This document shows positions 9,827-18,805 of a stretch of 26,208 bases of DNA, piece by piece. This DNA is from a virus (Duplodnaviria; Caudoviricetes). The notes beneath the pieces are model-generated. The model searched no databases, was not told where the DNA came from, and saw nothing but the letters and a program-made list of their open reading frames with translations. Within the stretch, counting starts at the first letter, position 1. The number at the start of each line of letters is the position of its first letter. The DNA is taken from the IMG/VR virus record IMGVR_UViG_3300032233_000832, positions 1 through 26,208 of that record; one strand, written 5' to 3'. A program made the translations under genes and the position numbers.

Positions 9827-11305
9827 TCAGAACCTGAAGGTCGTCTGAACCACACCGCCATAGTTAGAGGATGCACCATTCAAAGCTTGGTTATTACTGA
9901 CATAGAAGATTGCCGGAGTGATCGTGATATTATCACTGACACGGTAACGATAGAAGGTTTCCCACATCAGAGCATCGTTAGAAAGTGATGCTGCATTTCC
10001 TGGCTGTCCTATTGCAAAACCAGCAGCATTTCCTTTCCTCAGAACATCAGACCACTGAAGACCAACAAACCAAGTTTCGGAATTTGTAGCAGCTTTTGGA
10101 GTAGAAGGACCGCTGACATAGTTCCAACCATAAGCAGCACTTACAGAAGGAATGATACCAGATTTAGCTGGTTGCCAGTATGCATTGAATGCATATCCAT
10201 TCGAACCTTGAGTTGCAGCAAGAGTTCCGGCATTACCATTGACACCATTGAAAGTGCGAACACGAGTGCCTTCAGTACCATAACGATAACCGAATGCAAC
10301 ACCCCACTGAGGAGCACGATAACCAACTTGAAGCATAGTGTTCAGAGCACCTGCTGCAGCGAATTCACCTTTGGTAGAATCACCACCATTCTGGGCAACA
10401 TAGTTGATGCCAGCAACGATACCTTGTGTCCCAGGTTGTGCATATTGAACACCAAAACCAGCACCAGTTGCCTTGTTATAAACACCAGGGGCACCAGCAA
10501 CAGCAAAGAAGTCAAGAATATCAGACCTATATGCAGTAGGAAGCCACGCAATCTCAGTGTTACGAACAAGAGGACCAACAGTCACAGTAAGACCTTTGGT
10601 AAGTGCAGGTGCCTGATAATACAGACGATCAATCTTTACTGCATCTGCATAAGATTCTGCCTTATCCAGTTTGAAGAGGGATGAAGAAGAACCGAATGGT
10701 TGAGCACTGAAGTTACCACTACGCAGACGAGTGCGAAGCAGATCCTTACCAGTGAACGAAGTATCAAAGTTCAGACGAATATCATAGTTGAATGCAGTAT
10801 TTCCAACATTAGTACCATCAGAAAGTTGAGCACCATCCACACCACCAAGAACAAAGGTTGCTTCGCCCTTGAGTTTGGTAGTAGTGGAGAATTGCTGTGC
10901 TTGGAGAGTATTAACCCTAGTCTCTAGACCATCAACCCGACCACGAAGAGTGGCAAGTTCTACGTCAAATTCTTTCAGAAGACGACGAAGTTCATCTGTA
11001 GTTTCAGTTACACGATCAAGGCAAGCATTCAATAGAGCAGCAGCTTCATAGCGAGTCAGGGAGCGTCCACCAGCAAAAGTCCCATTTGGATAACCAGCAA
11101 CGCAACCATAACGCTCAACAAGGTTGCCGAGTGCCTGATATGCCCAATCAGTGGATTTTACATCAGAAAATTGTGTAATACTTGTGACCTGTTCGGCAGA
11201 AGTATATTGATTGACTGCTGCCATATTAAGATCTGCCGCATTTGCAACAGCAGGAGCAACCATACCAAGAGCAACAGGTGCAAGCATCAGTTGTTTAAAA
11301 TTCAT
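9827..11305 (-). CDS. Cyanobacterial outer-membrane porin (SLH domain + OprB-type barrel; Som/'iron uptake porin' family), host-derived
   Basis: Signal peptide ending ANA-A, SLH motif QVTSITQFSDVKSTDWAYQAL..LVERYGCVAGYPNGTF.G.R.LTRYEAAALLNACLD, a coiled coil, QFSTTTKL.G, RLNFDTSFTGKDLLRTRL, and a C-terminal TTFRF ending in Phe. Confidence 0.95.
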   Translation of the reverse strand: MNFKQLMLAPVALGMVAPAVANAADLNMAAVNQYTSAEQVTSITQFSDVKSTDWAYQALGNLVERYGCVAGYPNGTFAGGRSLTRYEAAALLNACLDRVTETTDELRRLLKEFDVELATLRGRVDGLETRVNTLQAQQFSTTTKLKGEATFVLGGVDGAQLSDGTNVGNTAFNYDIRLNFDTSFTGKDLLRTRLRSGNFSAQPFGSSSSLFKLDKAESYADAVKIDRLYYQAPALTKGLTVTVGPLVRNTEIAWLPTAYRSDILDFFAVAGAPGVYNKATGAGFGVQYAQPGTQGIVAGINYVAQNGGDSTKGEFAAAGALNTMLQVGYRAPQWGVAFGYRYGTEGTRVRTFNGVNGNAGTLAATQGSNGYAFNAYWQPAKSGIIPSVSAAYGWNYVSGPSTPKAATNSETWFVGLQWSDVLRKGNAAGFAIGQPGNAASLSNDALMWETFYRYRVSDNITITPAIFYVSNNQALNGASSNYGGVVQTTFRF

Positions 11306-11357
11306 ATAAAGTTTGTTAGAATAAAGTTTTATTAGTTGCCCTGAGTTTATTTGGGCA

Positions 11358-11429
11358 AGCCCCCACTCGGGATTGAACCGAGAATCTTTCGCTTACAAGG
11401 CGAATGCAGTACCATTATGCTACAGGGGC
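11358..11429 (-). tRNA. trnT: tRNA-Thr(UGU), CCA not encoded
   Basis: GCCCCTGTAGCATAATGGTACTGCATTCGCCTTGTAAGCGAAAGATTCTCGGTTCAATCCCGAGTGGGGGCT. Anticodon arm TTCGC-CT TGT AA-GCGAA; T arm CTCGG-TTCAATC-CCGAG. Confidence 0.95.
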
Positions 11430-11438
11430 GATTTTAAT

Positions 11439-11711
11439 TTAAACCGGCATATCCTCTGGATTTTCAACATCAACTGGAAATAACATTGGATGTGCCTCTT
11501 CTTCTATTAGATACGATGAATATTTGAATAGGTCAACTTCATTGTATCTACGATTACTCGATGCATCGAGTAATATTTGTTCGTCAATTTTCTCATCATC
11601 TGATATATCATCGAACGTGAATGGTAACCCATTAATAGAATACATTTTTACTATGAACTCTTCATCATCAACACAATACCAATTATAGGAAATGCTGATT
11701 TTATATGTCAT
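11439..11711 (-). CDS. Hypothetical acidic protein (cyanophage type)
   Basis: 90-aa ORF (IVKMY.ING.PFTFD..., SSYL..EE.HP.LF) on the same strand as its neighbours, with a late-promoter motif upstream. Confidence 0.75.
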   Translation of the reverse strand: MTYKISISYNWYCVDDEEFIVKMYSINGLPFTFDDISDDEKIDEQILLDASSNRRYNEVDLFKYSSYLIEEEAHPMLFPVDVENPEDMPV

Positions 11712-11731
11712 ATAAAAACTAAAATGTCTAC

Positions 11732-11738
11732 TATTTAT
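11732..11738 (-). promoter_or_regulatory. Late promoter motif ATAAATA
   Basis: tatttat on the plus strand, 20 nt upstream of the ATG at 11711. It could also drive the tRNA and porin. Confidence 0.6.
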
Positions 11739-11784
11739 GAGTTATCCATTCCTGAATCAAGAATATCAAATTTTTATTAAATTG

Positions 11785-11958
11785 TCAAGCGAATTGTGCC
11801 ACTTGTTCAGGTGTCCATGTCTGTGGATTCAGACTACAATAAGCATTAAAGGTAATTTTCATTTCCTTTGGAGTGAGTCCACAATGATGCGCTGCTTTCG
11901 GCAGATTCCATTTCGCATGAAAAAGATTTTCCATTGACTCTTTAGTTTCTTTTCTCAT
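11785..11958 (-). CDS. Small hypothetical protein (57 aa), possibly HTH-like
   Basis: Not in the ORF track. MRKETKESMENLFHAKWNLPKAAHHCGLTPKEMKITFNAYCSLNPQTWTPEQVAQFA*. ATGA overlap with the upstream stop at 11955-11957. Resembles small T4-like cyanophage proteins I recall. Confidence 0.75.
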   Translation of the reverse strand: MRKETKESMENLFHAKWNLPKAAHHCGLTPKEMKITFNAYCSLNPQTWTPEQVAQFA

Positions 11959-12146
11959 AAGTTGACGTATTTGAGGCGTTCCTCTGTTAATGTTTTCCTT
12001 GTAAATTTTAGCACACTCATGAACTGTTCTGCCGTCTCGCAGGCCACTTCAATTTCTGTCCCCTGGTCTGAGTATAAAGTAAATTTGCGTGACATTGGAT
12101 TGACTACACATCTATCCAAATACTCATCTTCTCCCCATTTGTACAT
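11955..12146 (-). CDS. Small hypothetical protein (cyanophage type)
   Basis: 63 aa (EYL.RCVV.P..RKF.LYS..G....V.C.T.EQFM.VL), tightly packed in the operon. Confidence 0.75.
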   Translation of the reverse strand: MYKWGEDEYLDRCVVNPMSRKFTLYSDQGTEIEVACETAEQFMSVLKFTRKTLTEERLKYVNL

Positions 12147-12159
12147 AGTAAAAAAATTC

Positions 12160-12960
12160 CTATTGATAAGTTTGATTATTAAGAACCGATATTGCTGCGG
12201 TTAATGAAGCTATTTCTTCTATATTTTGTTGTTTAATTCTATTGTATGACCAATTTTCTAATTGATATGAGTGTTTATATTTTTTCACCAATGAAGATGA
12301 ATTAATATGATCTGTTATATTCTGTCTTAGTGTTTGTATTTCAGATAATAAAGTGGATATATTTTGATTATAAGTCGCACATGATGGTGCAGTGCTTGTA
12401 ATTTTAACTACCAATCCTATCGTAGATGCGTTTGGATCATTTTGAATCAATACTGTTGATTGCCCAATTCCAGTATTTAAATTTGTTATGGCAACGTATG
12501 TTTCTCCAGCCAATGGATTGTCTGTTGTATATACTCCATTTTCCAAATTTGGATATACATGTGCATTTAATGTATCTTGTTTTACCGTACATACTCCAAC
12601 AATTGTACCCTGAAATCCAAAATTAACTCCAGGTCCAGATGTTCCAATTCCAGTTACAATTGTTGAATAGTAATCATAAACATTAGATGCAGTGGACGCA
12701 ACTCCACATGGACTTACTACTCCTGTGCCAGATGCAGTTTGACAAATATTTACTATCTGTTGCTTCTTTGAATTGATTTGATCAATATAATTTGCCAACA
12801 AGTATGAATCAATTTGTTGGCAGGGAGTTAAAAATTTATTTATGTTGTCAACCGAAACGCCAGAAGCATATGTGGTTGGATCTCCATTTGAAGATTCCAG
12901 CCCACTCTTTTTTGATTCTAATATTTCAACCGCTGTTAATGAAGTATTTGCAAATGCCAT
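12160..12960 (-). CDS. Hypothetical, probably baseplate/tail structural protein
   Basis: 266 aa with a 1-nt overlap with the upstream gene. Coiled-coil-like ends around a Thr/Gly-rich core with GIGT motifs. Confidence 0.65.
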   Translation of the reverse strand: MAFANTSLTAVEILESKKSGLESSNGDPTTYASGVSVDNINKFLTPCQQIDSYLLANYIDQINSKKQQIVNICQTASGTGVVSPCGVASTASNVYDYYSTIVTGIGTSGPGVNFGFQGTIVGVCTVKQDTLNAHVYPNLENGVYTTDNPLAGETYVAITNLNTGIGQSTVLIQNDPNASTIGLVVKITSTAPSCATYNQNISTLLSEIQTLRQNITDHINSSSLVKKYKHSYQLENWSYNRIKQQNIEEIASLTAAISVLNNQTYQ

Positions 12961-13754
12961 TAGATTATTTCCTTAACTTTTAACCAGTCTTGTCCGGGAT
13001 AGTCCTTTATTGTAGTTCCTTCATATTCCACTATTAACTTTTCCATATCTTTTCTTTCTGCAAATACAGTATAGTAGCATTTTATTGCAGTACCAGAATT
13101 GTTTTTAATTACAATTCTTTTTCCCCACTCTACATCTTCTTCTGCATATAATTCTTGATATGTTCCAATTGGAGTCAATTGAACTGATATAGTATCCATA
13201 TCAACTAGATCTATCCAATATGAAGGAAGTTCAATTACATTTGAATTAATTAATTTTCCTCTAATATACACTCCTATTTCTGGACCTTCCAATGAAACAT
13301 GGCGAAGTCTATGAGTTAAAGGTTTTGATGGATGTGGAATATCAAATGGCTTAGCTGGTAAAGATTTTGCCAAATTTATATTCGCAGCAACATCACCAAT
13401 TCCAGCTAATGTCATAACTCCATTTGCTGCAATTGAACCATTTGCAATTATATTTCCATTTGCAAGTATATTTCCGTTTATGATAGTATTATCTACTTTA
13501 ACTATAAAAGAAGGAATATTTCCTGTGTAACTTGCCAAGTTTATTAACGAAGTATTTGTTCCATTTACATGAAATCCGATGTAATCATTTGAGTTATGAA
13601 ATAAAACAACTGCCAAATCAGATAATTTAAAAGAACCATCTATTGGCAAATCAGACCACCATGATCCTTCTTTAGATACTTCATCATAATTATAATCGCC
13701 ATTTACACTGTTTGGGCCAGTAAATGTGCCATAATCAACAAAAGAAAAACTCAT
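12960..13754 (-). CDS. gp5-region spike/fibre protein with C-terminal K.F.I.HP...LEGPE..VY.RG domain
   Basis: 264 aa with 6-residue INGNIL/ANGNII/ANGSIA repeats (beta-helix-like) followed by KPFDIPHPSK...LRHVSLEGPEIGVYIRG...LP.YW.DLVD...VFAERKD.EKL.VE. Confidence 0.7.
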   Translation of the reverse strand: MSFSFVDYGTFTGPNSVNGDYNYDEVSKEGSWWSDLPIDGSFKLSDLAVVLFHNSNDYIGFHVNGTNTSLINLASYTGNIPSFIVKVDNTIINGNILANGNIIANGSIAANGVMTLAGIGDVAANINLAKSLPAKPFDIPHPSKPLTHRLRHVSLEGPEIGVYIRGKLINSNVIELPSYWIDLVDMDTISVQLTPIGTYQELYAEEDVEWGKRIVIKNNSGTAIKCYYTVFAERKDMEKLIVEYEGTTIKDYPGQDWLKVKEII

Positions 13755-14413
13755 TTATTCACCTCTACTTGTAACTTTTCTATATCCTTTCTTTCTGCAA
13801 AAATGTGATAAAAATATTCTGGTATAATTACATCTGTTTTAATATAGACTTTATTATTTTCTATTCTATCTACATAAATTGAATGGTGACCTCCAATTGG
13901 AGTGATAGAAACTGTTATGCTAGTATCATCAATCAAATTTATCCAATAATCTGGAAGAGCAATTTCAAATTCTTTTGATCTACCTCTTATATAGACAGAA
14001 TTTTCTGGACCCTCTAAACACGAATAGATTAAAATTTTATTATCGTGCAATGGATGTTGAATTGCAAAATTCTTAGACCTTGCCATTAACACGTCTGTGT
14101 ATATTATTTTTGATTTGATTAATTCTACGGTGAGTAGTTTATCTACTTTAAGAAAACTTTTGATCCTTGCATAAGTTTTAACAAACAAAGAATAGAAAGG
14201 AATTGGCTTCATATCAGTGTTTGTTGTTGGTCCACACATCACTGTTCCAATTTCAGTTGATGTTGGATCAGAAAATTCAGAAGGATTTCCTGTTATGGAT
14301 GGTCCTTCAATATATGCAGAACCACGAACCTCAGTTGGACCAACTCCAAATAACTTGGCACTACCTAGACCACAGATTAATTTTTTTCCAATTTCTAAAT
14401 CTGGTACTTTCAT
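13751..14413 (-). CDS. gp5-region protein, paralogous C-terminal domain to 12960-13754
   Basis: 220 aa with KNFAIQHP...YSCLEGPENSVYIRG...LPDYW.NLID...IFAERKDIEKLQVE. Confidence 0.7.
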   Translation of the reverse strand: MKVPDLEIGKKLICGLGSAKLFGVGPTEVRGSAYIEGPSITGNPSEFSDPTSTEIGTVMCGPTTNTDMKPIPFYSLFVKTYARIKSFLKVDKLLTVELIKSKIIYTDVLMARSKNFAIQHPLHDNKILIYSCLEGPENSVYIRGRSKEFEIALPDYWINLIDDTSITVSITPIGGHHSIYVDRIENNKVYIKTDVIIPEYFYHIFAERKDIEKLQVEVNK

Positions 14414-14982
14414 TTTTTAAATCTAGCCTCATTGTCCGATTCATATTTGGAACCATTGACTTTTGTTGCTCCATCTGCAGCATCAATTAGTCCACCGTAG
14501 ATATTTAGTATTCCCTTTCCAATTAATTCTACTGTTTTTTCGGAAAATATTTTTGTTGATACAGTAGACCTCACATCTATGATTGGAGATTTTACAACTA
14601 TTTTTTCATTTGCATCTAATATAATTACTCCATTTTTATTGTCTCCGCCACTTGCCAAAATATCTATATTTTCTGCAATCAATCTAATTCTTCCATTGGG
14701 GGCATTTAAAACAATATCTCCACTTACTGCATCAAAATAAACTCCAGGTTGACCATAAGGAACATTATCTCCTGCCTTTACTTGAAATGATCCGGTTGAT
14801 CTGGCAATAGTTCCATGTTTTCGATGTGGTTCTCCTTCCGATTCCATAGTGATATAATGATTTGCTTCATATCCACTTCTAACTGTGAATGCAGATATCT
14901 TTCCATCATCATGAATGTGACCGAATTTAATCTCACCATCACTATTTCCATATCTAATTGTATTAAAATTTGAATCTGACAT
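14410..14982 (-). CDS. gp5 C-terminal-like beta-helix (spike) protein
   Basis: 190 aa directly after the gp5 OB-fold gene, with periodic beta-strand repeats (GDIVLNAPNGRIRLIAENIDI, GVIILDANEKIVVKS). Confidence 0.6.
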   Translation of the reverse strand: MSDSNFNTIRYGNSDGEIKFGHIHDDGKISAFTVRSGYEANHYITMESEGEPHRKHGTIARSTGSFQVKAGDNVPYGQPGVYFDAVSGDIVLNAPNGRIRLIAENIDILASGGDNKNGVIILDANEKIVVKSPIIDVRSTVSTKIFSEKTVELIGKGILNIYGGLIDAADGATKVNGSKYESDNEARFKK

Positions 14983-17246
14983 TATACTTTACCTACACAA
15001 TCTATTACTGAAATTATTTTGTCTTGATATGTTGGATCCTTTAATTCATTTTCACTAACTCTACTAACACACAACACTGGAACTATTTCTGCATTATATC
15101 CAGTTTCACTTTGAACATATATCTTTGGTCTTTCCGTAAAACCAATTCCAACTGAAACAATTTTTACTTCAGATAAAGTGCCAAATGATCCAAATACTGG
15201 TGTTGCTTCTGCTCCATTGCTAGGTTCAATTACAATCGTATCGGTGGGAGAATAATTTATTCCAGCATTTTTAATTTTAGCATCACATAAAGTTAATATT
15301 ACAGGATATTTTCCGGTTCCTAATGTTGGATATGATCCTGTGGTTTGCGTTAAATCAGATGGTGGTGGAGTCGTGATATTTGCAGTTCTTGTTGAAGTGA
15401 CATACTGCCCACCAGTGACAATTTGTCCATTAATATTTACTTCTGCTCCGAGAGGGAATCTCACTTTATCTCCTTCTTTTATTTCAATAGTTTCTCCAGG
15501 TGGATATGGAACGTCATAAGTACCATCTTTTCTCTGTATTGTTGTGTCATAATTTTTTGCCCACTCTTTACCGTCTCCACCCAGACTTCCATCCGCTACT
15601 GAAATATAACCAGCTCCAGCTTCATTTACTACAACTCCAGTTACTGTTCCGTTACTGATAATTGTTCTTGCGACTGCACCACTTCCCTTTCCGCAACCAT
15701 CAGCAAATCTAACTGTAGGTGCGGAAGAATATCCAACTCCACCATTTGTAATATCAACTCCTAAAATTTTTCCAGTTGCACTTACTATTGCATTTCCGGT
15801 AGCACCAGAACCAGATCCACCAAAAAATTCTACTATGGGTGGACCACAAAATACTGGACCAACATTACAAGTATCGGAAAATACATCACTAAAATTCAAA
15901 TCAAAAGTAAATGTATTTGGATCTATACTAGTGGCCAAATCGGAAGCAAATTTCTTTGCTTTTTCTGTGATAGTATTAAAATTGGAATTACTAAGTTCCT
16001 TTGAGTTTCCTGGTCCATCCCAAATACTCCATTCTTTTACTTCTGGACACTGTGGCCTATCATCACACGTCAAAAAAGAAAGTATATTTTCAATCAACCC
16101 AAATATATCACCAATTATATCAACTCCACCCAAAATAGCTTTTAATGGTGCTAATATTATATCAATTGCAGATGTAATTAATCCGGTAATTTTACCCAAC
16201 AAAGCAGCAACAAAATTTTCAACCGCACATAAAGGAGTATTAATGAATCTTTCGACTATTGTCTTCAAAAATTCACCTACCATTTTAAACAGATTTGATA
16301 TAATCTTCCTAAACAAACAAGCGATTAAATCATTTACTGTGTCTATAGATTTTTTTAATTTTGATCTTTGCTCACCTGGAAATAAAGCATAATAAAGTTT
16401 TTTTGCTGCCTCATTTATTTTATCTAATAAAAATTGTTCTATTTCTTTTATAGATTTTTTTAACCATTTTGATATACTTTTTGCTATTCCATCTATCTTA
16501 TATTTGATATATTCGGATATTCCATATTGTTTTCCGTCTTCTGTGATTGGAGCAACTAAAGAATTTTTCCAAGAATATAGTTGTTTCTTTTTATCTTGTA
16601 CATCACGAAGTAATTTTTGTATGTCCTTTTGAATTTGCCCAAGTGGAACTTGCTGACAGTCAGAAGAAACCGCTAATTTTATTGAATTTACTCCATCATT
16701 TTTTTGTCCTTGATCAGCAGCACTATTTACAGTACACGCAGAGACTCCACCTTCTGTTTTTTTGCCATTAGGTGAAGTTGGCTTAGCTGGAGACCCACCT
16801 GGAGGTATGGAATAGATTGGAACTCTTTCTCCTATGAATGCACTAAATGGAACAAATCCAGTGTTTGGTATTGTGCTTTCTAATTTTGTTTGATCTGCAT
16901 TTGGCAAACATCCAATAATAATTGGACCTGTTTTTTCTGAGCTGTCTTTATAAAATCCATATACATAAGCACCCTTTCTTAGATTGGATGATTGATATGA
17001 TGCGCCATGGCCAGATCCAGCAGTTACTGGATAAAGAACTTCTGCCCAAGGTAAACGTTCATCGGGTATAATACTTTTATCTTCTGTGTGTTTACCAAAA
17101 ATTCTTACTTTATATCTATATCCCCAACCTTGTAATTTGGTATAATCGTCCCATTTTTCCGATGCAATATTATCCTTCCAATGCTTGTCATCTACTATCT
17201 GTCCCATCCATAAGACAGGATTTTCTCCAAATTGAGCTTCATTCAT
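14982..17246 (-). CDS. gp5: Baseplate hub/central spike protein gp5-like (OB fold; no recognisable lysozyme domain)
   Basis: N-terminal W.GQIVD...GWGYRYKVRI.G.H......LPWA.V..PVTAGSG...G..V.GF..D.....P.I.G is the gp5 OB fold. It is followed by a helical Cys-containing region and I.N.G.GY...P repeats. Confidence 0.85.
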   Translation of the reverse strand: MNEAQFGENPVLWMGQIVDDKHWKDNIASEKWDDYTKLQGWGYRYKVRIFGKHTEDKSIIPDERLPWAEVLYPVTAGSGHGASYQSSNLRKGAYVYGFYKDSSEKTGPIIIGCLPNADQTKLESTIPNTGFVPFSAFIGERVPIYSIPPGGSPAKPTSPNGKKTEGGVSACTVNSAADQGQKNDGVNSIKLAVSSDCQQVPLGQIQKDIQKLLRDVQDKKKQLYSWKNSLVAPITEDGKQYGISEYIKYKIDGIAKSISKWLKKSIKEIEQFLLDKINEAAKKLYYALFPGEQRSKLKKSIDTVNDLIACLFRKIISNLFKMVGEFLKTIVERFINTPLCAVENFVAALLGKITGLITSAIDIILAPLKAILGGVDIIGDIFGLIENILSFLTCDDRPQCPEVKEWSIWDGPGNSKELSNSNFNTITEKAKKFASDLATSIDPNTFTFDLNFSDVFSDTCNVGPVFCGPPIVEFFGGSGSGATGNAIVSATGKILGVDITNGGVGYSSAPTVRFADGCGKGSGAVARTIISNGTVTGVVVNEAGAGYISVADGSLGGDGKEWAKNYDTTIQRKDGTYDVPYPPGETIEIKEGDKVRFPLGAEVNINGQIVTGGQYVTSTRTANITTPPPSDLTQTTGSYPTLGTGKYPVILTLCDAKIKNAGINYSPTDTIVIEPSNGAEATPVFGSFGTLSEVKIVSVGIGFTERPKIYVQSETGYNAEIVPVLCVSRVSENELKDPTYQDKIISVIDCVGKV

Positions 17247-17458
17247 ACATCAAATACTCTACACTCTACTGCTTCTGGATTTTCAAAACAATATAATTGA
17301 AATGAAGTTGGTGTTTTTTCTGCAGTTGGATGTGCCTCCTGATACGCAAGGTATCTATCCAATTCGCATTCTAAATATTTTCTTCTTTGTTTAGAACACA
17401 AGTGAAGATCCAATTCTGCTTGAATTTCGACTACTGTTTCGTATAATGTGGTTGCCAT
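17243..17458 (-). CDS. cp12: CP12 Calvin-cycle regulator, phage type
   Basis: 71 aa. C-terminal PTSFQLYCFENPEAVECRVFD matches the CP12 C-x8-C motif. S.Q.RR..E.EL.....Y...HP is typical of cyanophage CP12. Confidence 0.88.
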   Translation of the reverse strand: MATTLYETVVEIQAELDLHLCSKQRRKYLECELDRYLAYQEAHPTAEKTPTSFQLYCFENPEAVECRVFDV

Positions 17459-17480
17459 TTTACCACTATGTAATATATTT

Positions 17481-17487
17481 TATTTAT
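17481..17487 (-). promoter_or_regulatory. Late promoter motif ATAAATA upstream of cp12-gp5
   Basis: tatttat overlapping the upstream stop codon, 22 nt before the ATG at 17458. Confidence 0.5.
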
Positions 17488-18785
17488 GCAATACCATATG
17501 AGTCTCGCACTAAATTAAGTTTTGTATAATTTGGTCCCTCTGGAGAAACGTAATGACACAAATCACAGATCAGATATTTACCTGATTCTTTGCTACTTAC
17601 AAGTTTTGTGGTGTTTGAAGATACCTCAGGAAAATAACATTCTATCAAATCACCAGCATGTAATGACAAGTCAGCAAAAATAGTAATTGACATTTGAATC
17701 GCAAACAATTGATTGTATCTCATGAAGGATTGATTAACAATTTCTTTGACATTAAAATTTGCAGTTTTTGAATTTTTAATCTGATCCGAATTATTTCCAG
17801 GAACGTTATTTCCTATGTCTTCAATTAATGTAGTAACTCTAGATGGTCCCTGCAATTCCTCTGGTATTTTGGGAGTTGTATCTCCTGCCCTAACTGCTGA
17901 TTTATCCTGATCAGTTGAACTTATTGTTGAATTTTCATATTTATTATTATATGGATTAAAGGTTATTCTTTGTGATGCATAAGTACCTACTGTTTTATGG
18001 TCAATATAAGGAAGACCGGATGGTGAACTACTAGAAAGAATTTTTCCATCATATCCAGGCGGAAGTTTAGTTGAGTTGTTCATAATCAATTTTTTCTTTG
18101 GTGTCTGACTCAATAATACATCTATTGATTTGAATTTATATCCATCTGCTGTTTCATAGAAAAAATACCCAGCAGTATTTCCAAGAGAAGATTTGATGTC
18201 AGGAACTGCCATTTTAGATAACCAATTCAATCTATAAAAAGGACATCCAGTATTATCAATTGAGCCTTCTACTTTTAATGTATTAATTGTTGGATCTATG
18301 TCTAAAGTTTTTTTTGTTTTAATGTGATTTAGAAATATACTTCTTACAGTATCTGATATCTTTCCTTCATAAAATGAAGATACTCTTTGATTTAAATTCT
18401 TTTCAATTATTGTTTCATAAGAAACTAAATTTCCACCCATGATTGCCAATTGATTGGTTCTAAATTTACTTGGCTTTTGTGCAAATCTAAGTTGTGTGGC
18501 ATCAGTATCAAATAATAACTTATTTCCATCATTGTCTTCCAAATTCAAATAGACTTTTTCTCCAAACTGTAAGTCTGTTTTTCCATACTCTGTGATCTCT
18601 GTTGATCTTCCTTCTCCCAATCTAAATCCAGTATCTATTATATTAAAAGAAACTATAACTGAATTTTCTAATATACTTTCATAATAATATAATGTATAGA
18701 CACCATTCTTTATGTCAGTTTTGTTCTTTCCATCCGAAGAAAAAACTTCAAATACTTTTGGTTCTATCTGAGGTAACTGTAACAT
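17484..18785 (-). CDS. Baseplate hub protein (gp27/GPD-like)
   Basis: 433 aa with YYESIL, Y.GKISD.V, P...LNWL, GY.FYET.DGYKFKSID.L, and C-terminal L.AGD.I...FP.......SGKYLI..L.H......T.L.LVRDS.G. Located between the tape-measure-like genes and gp5. Confidence 0.7.
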   Translation of the reverse strand: MLQLPQIEPKVFEVFSSDGKNKTDIKNGVYTLYYYESILENSVIVSFNIIDTGFRLGEGRSTEITEYGKTDLQFGEKVYLNLEDNDGNKLLFDTDATQLRFAQKPSKFRTNQLAIMGGNLVSYETIIEKNLNQRVSSFYEGKISDTVRSIFLNHIKTKKTLDIDPTINTLKVEGSIDNTGCPFYRLNWLSKMAVPDIKSSLGNTAGYFFYETADGYKFKSIDVLLSQTPKKKLIMNNSTKLPPGYDGKILSSSSPSGLPYIDHKTVGTYASQRITFNPYNNKYENSTISSTDQDKSAVRAGDTTPKIPEELQGPSRVTTLIEDIGNNVPGNNSDQIKNSKTANFNVKEIVNQSFMRYNQLFAIQMSITIFADLSLHAGDLIECYFPEVSSNTTKLVSSKESGKYLICDLCHYVSPEGPNYTKLNLVRDSYGIA

Positions 18786-18805
18786 AATTGTTCTCTTTTT
18801 ATTAT

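Noticed and set aside
10141-11051. Several overlapping ORFs within the porin gene
   Set aside because: They are expected from the higher GC and codon bias of the porin and have no recognisable protein features.
11737-12204. Plus-strand ORFs 11737-11937 and 11962-12204
   Set aside because: They overlap better-supported minus-strand genes that are translationally coupled in the operon.
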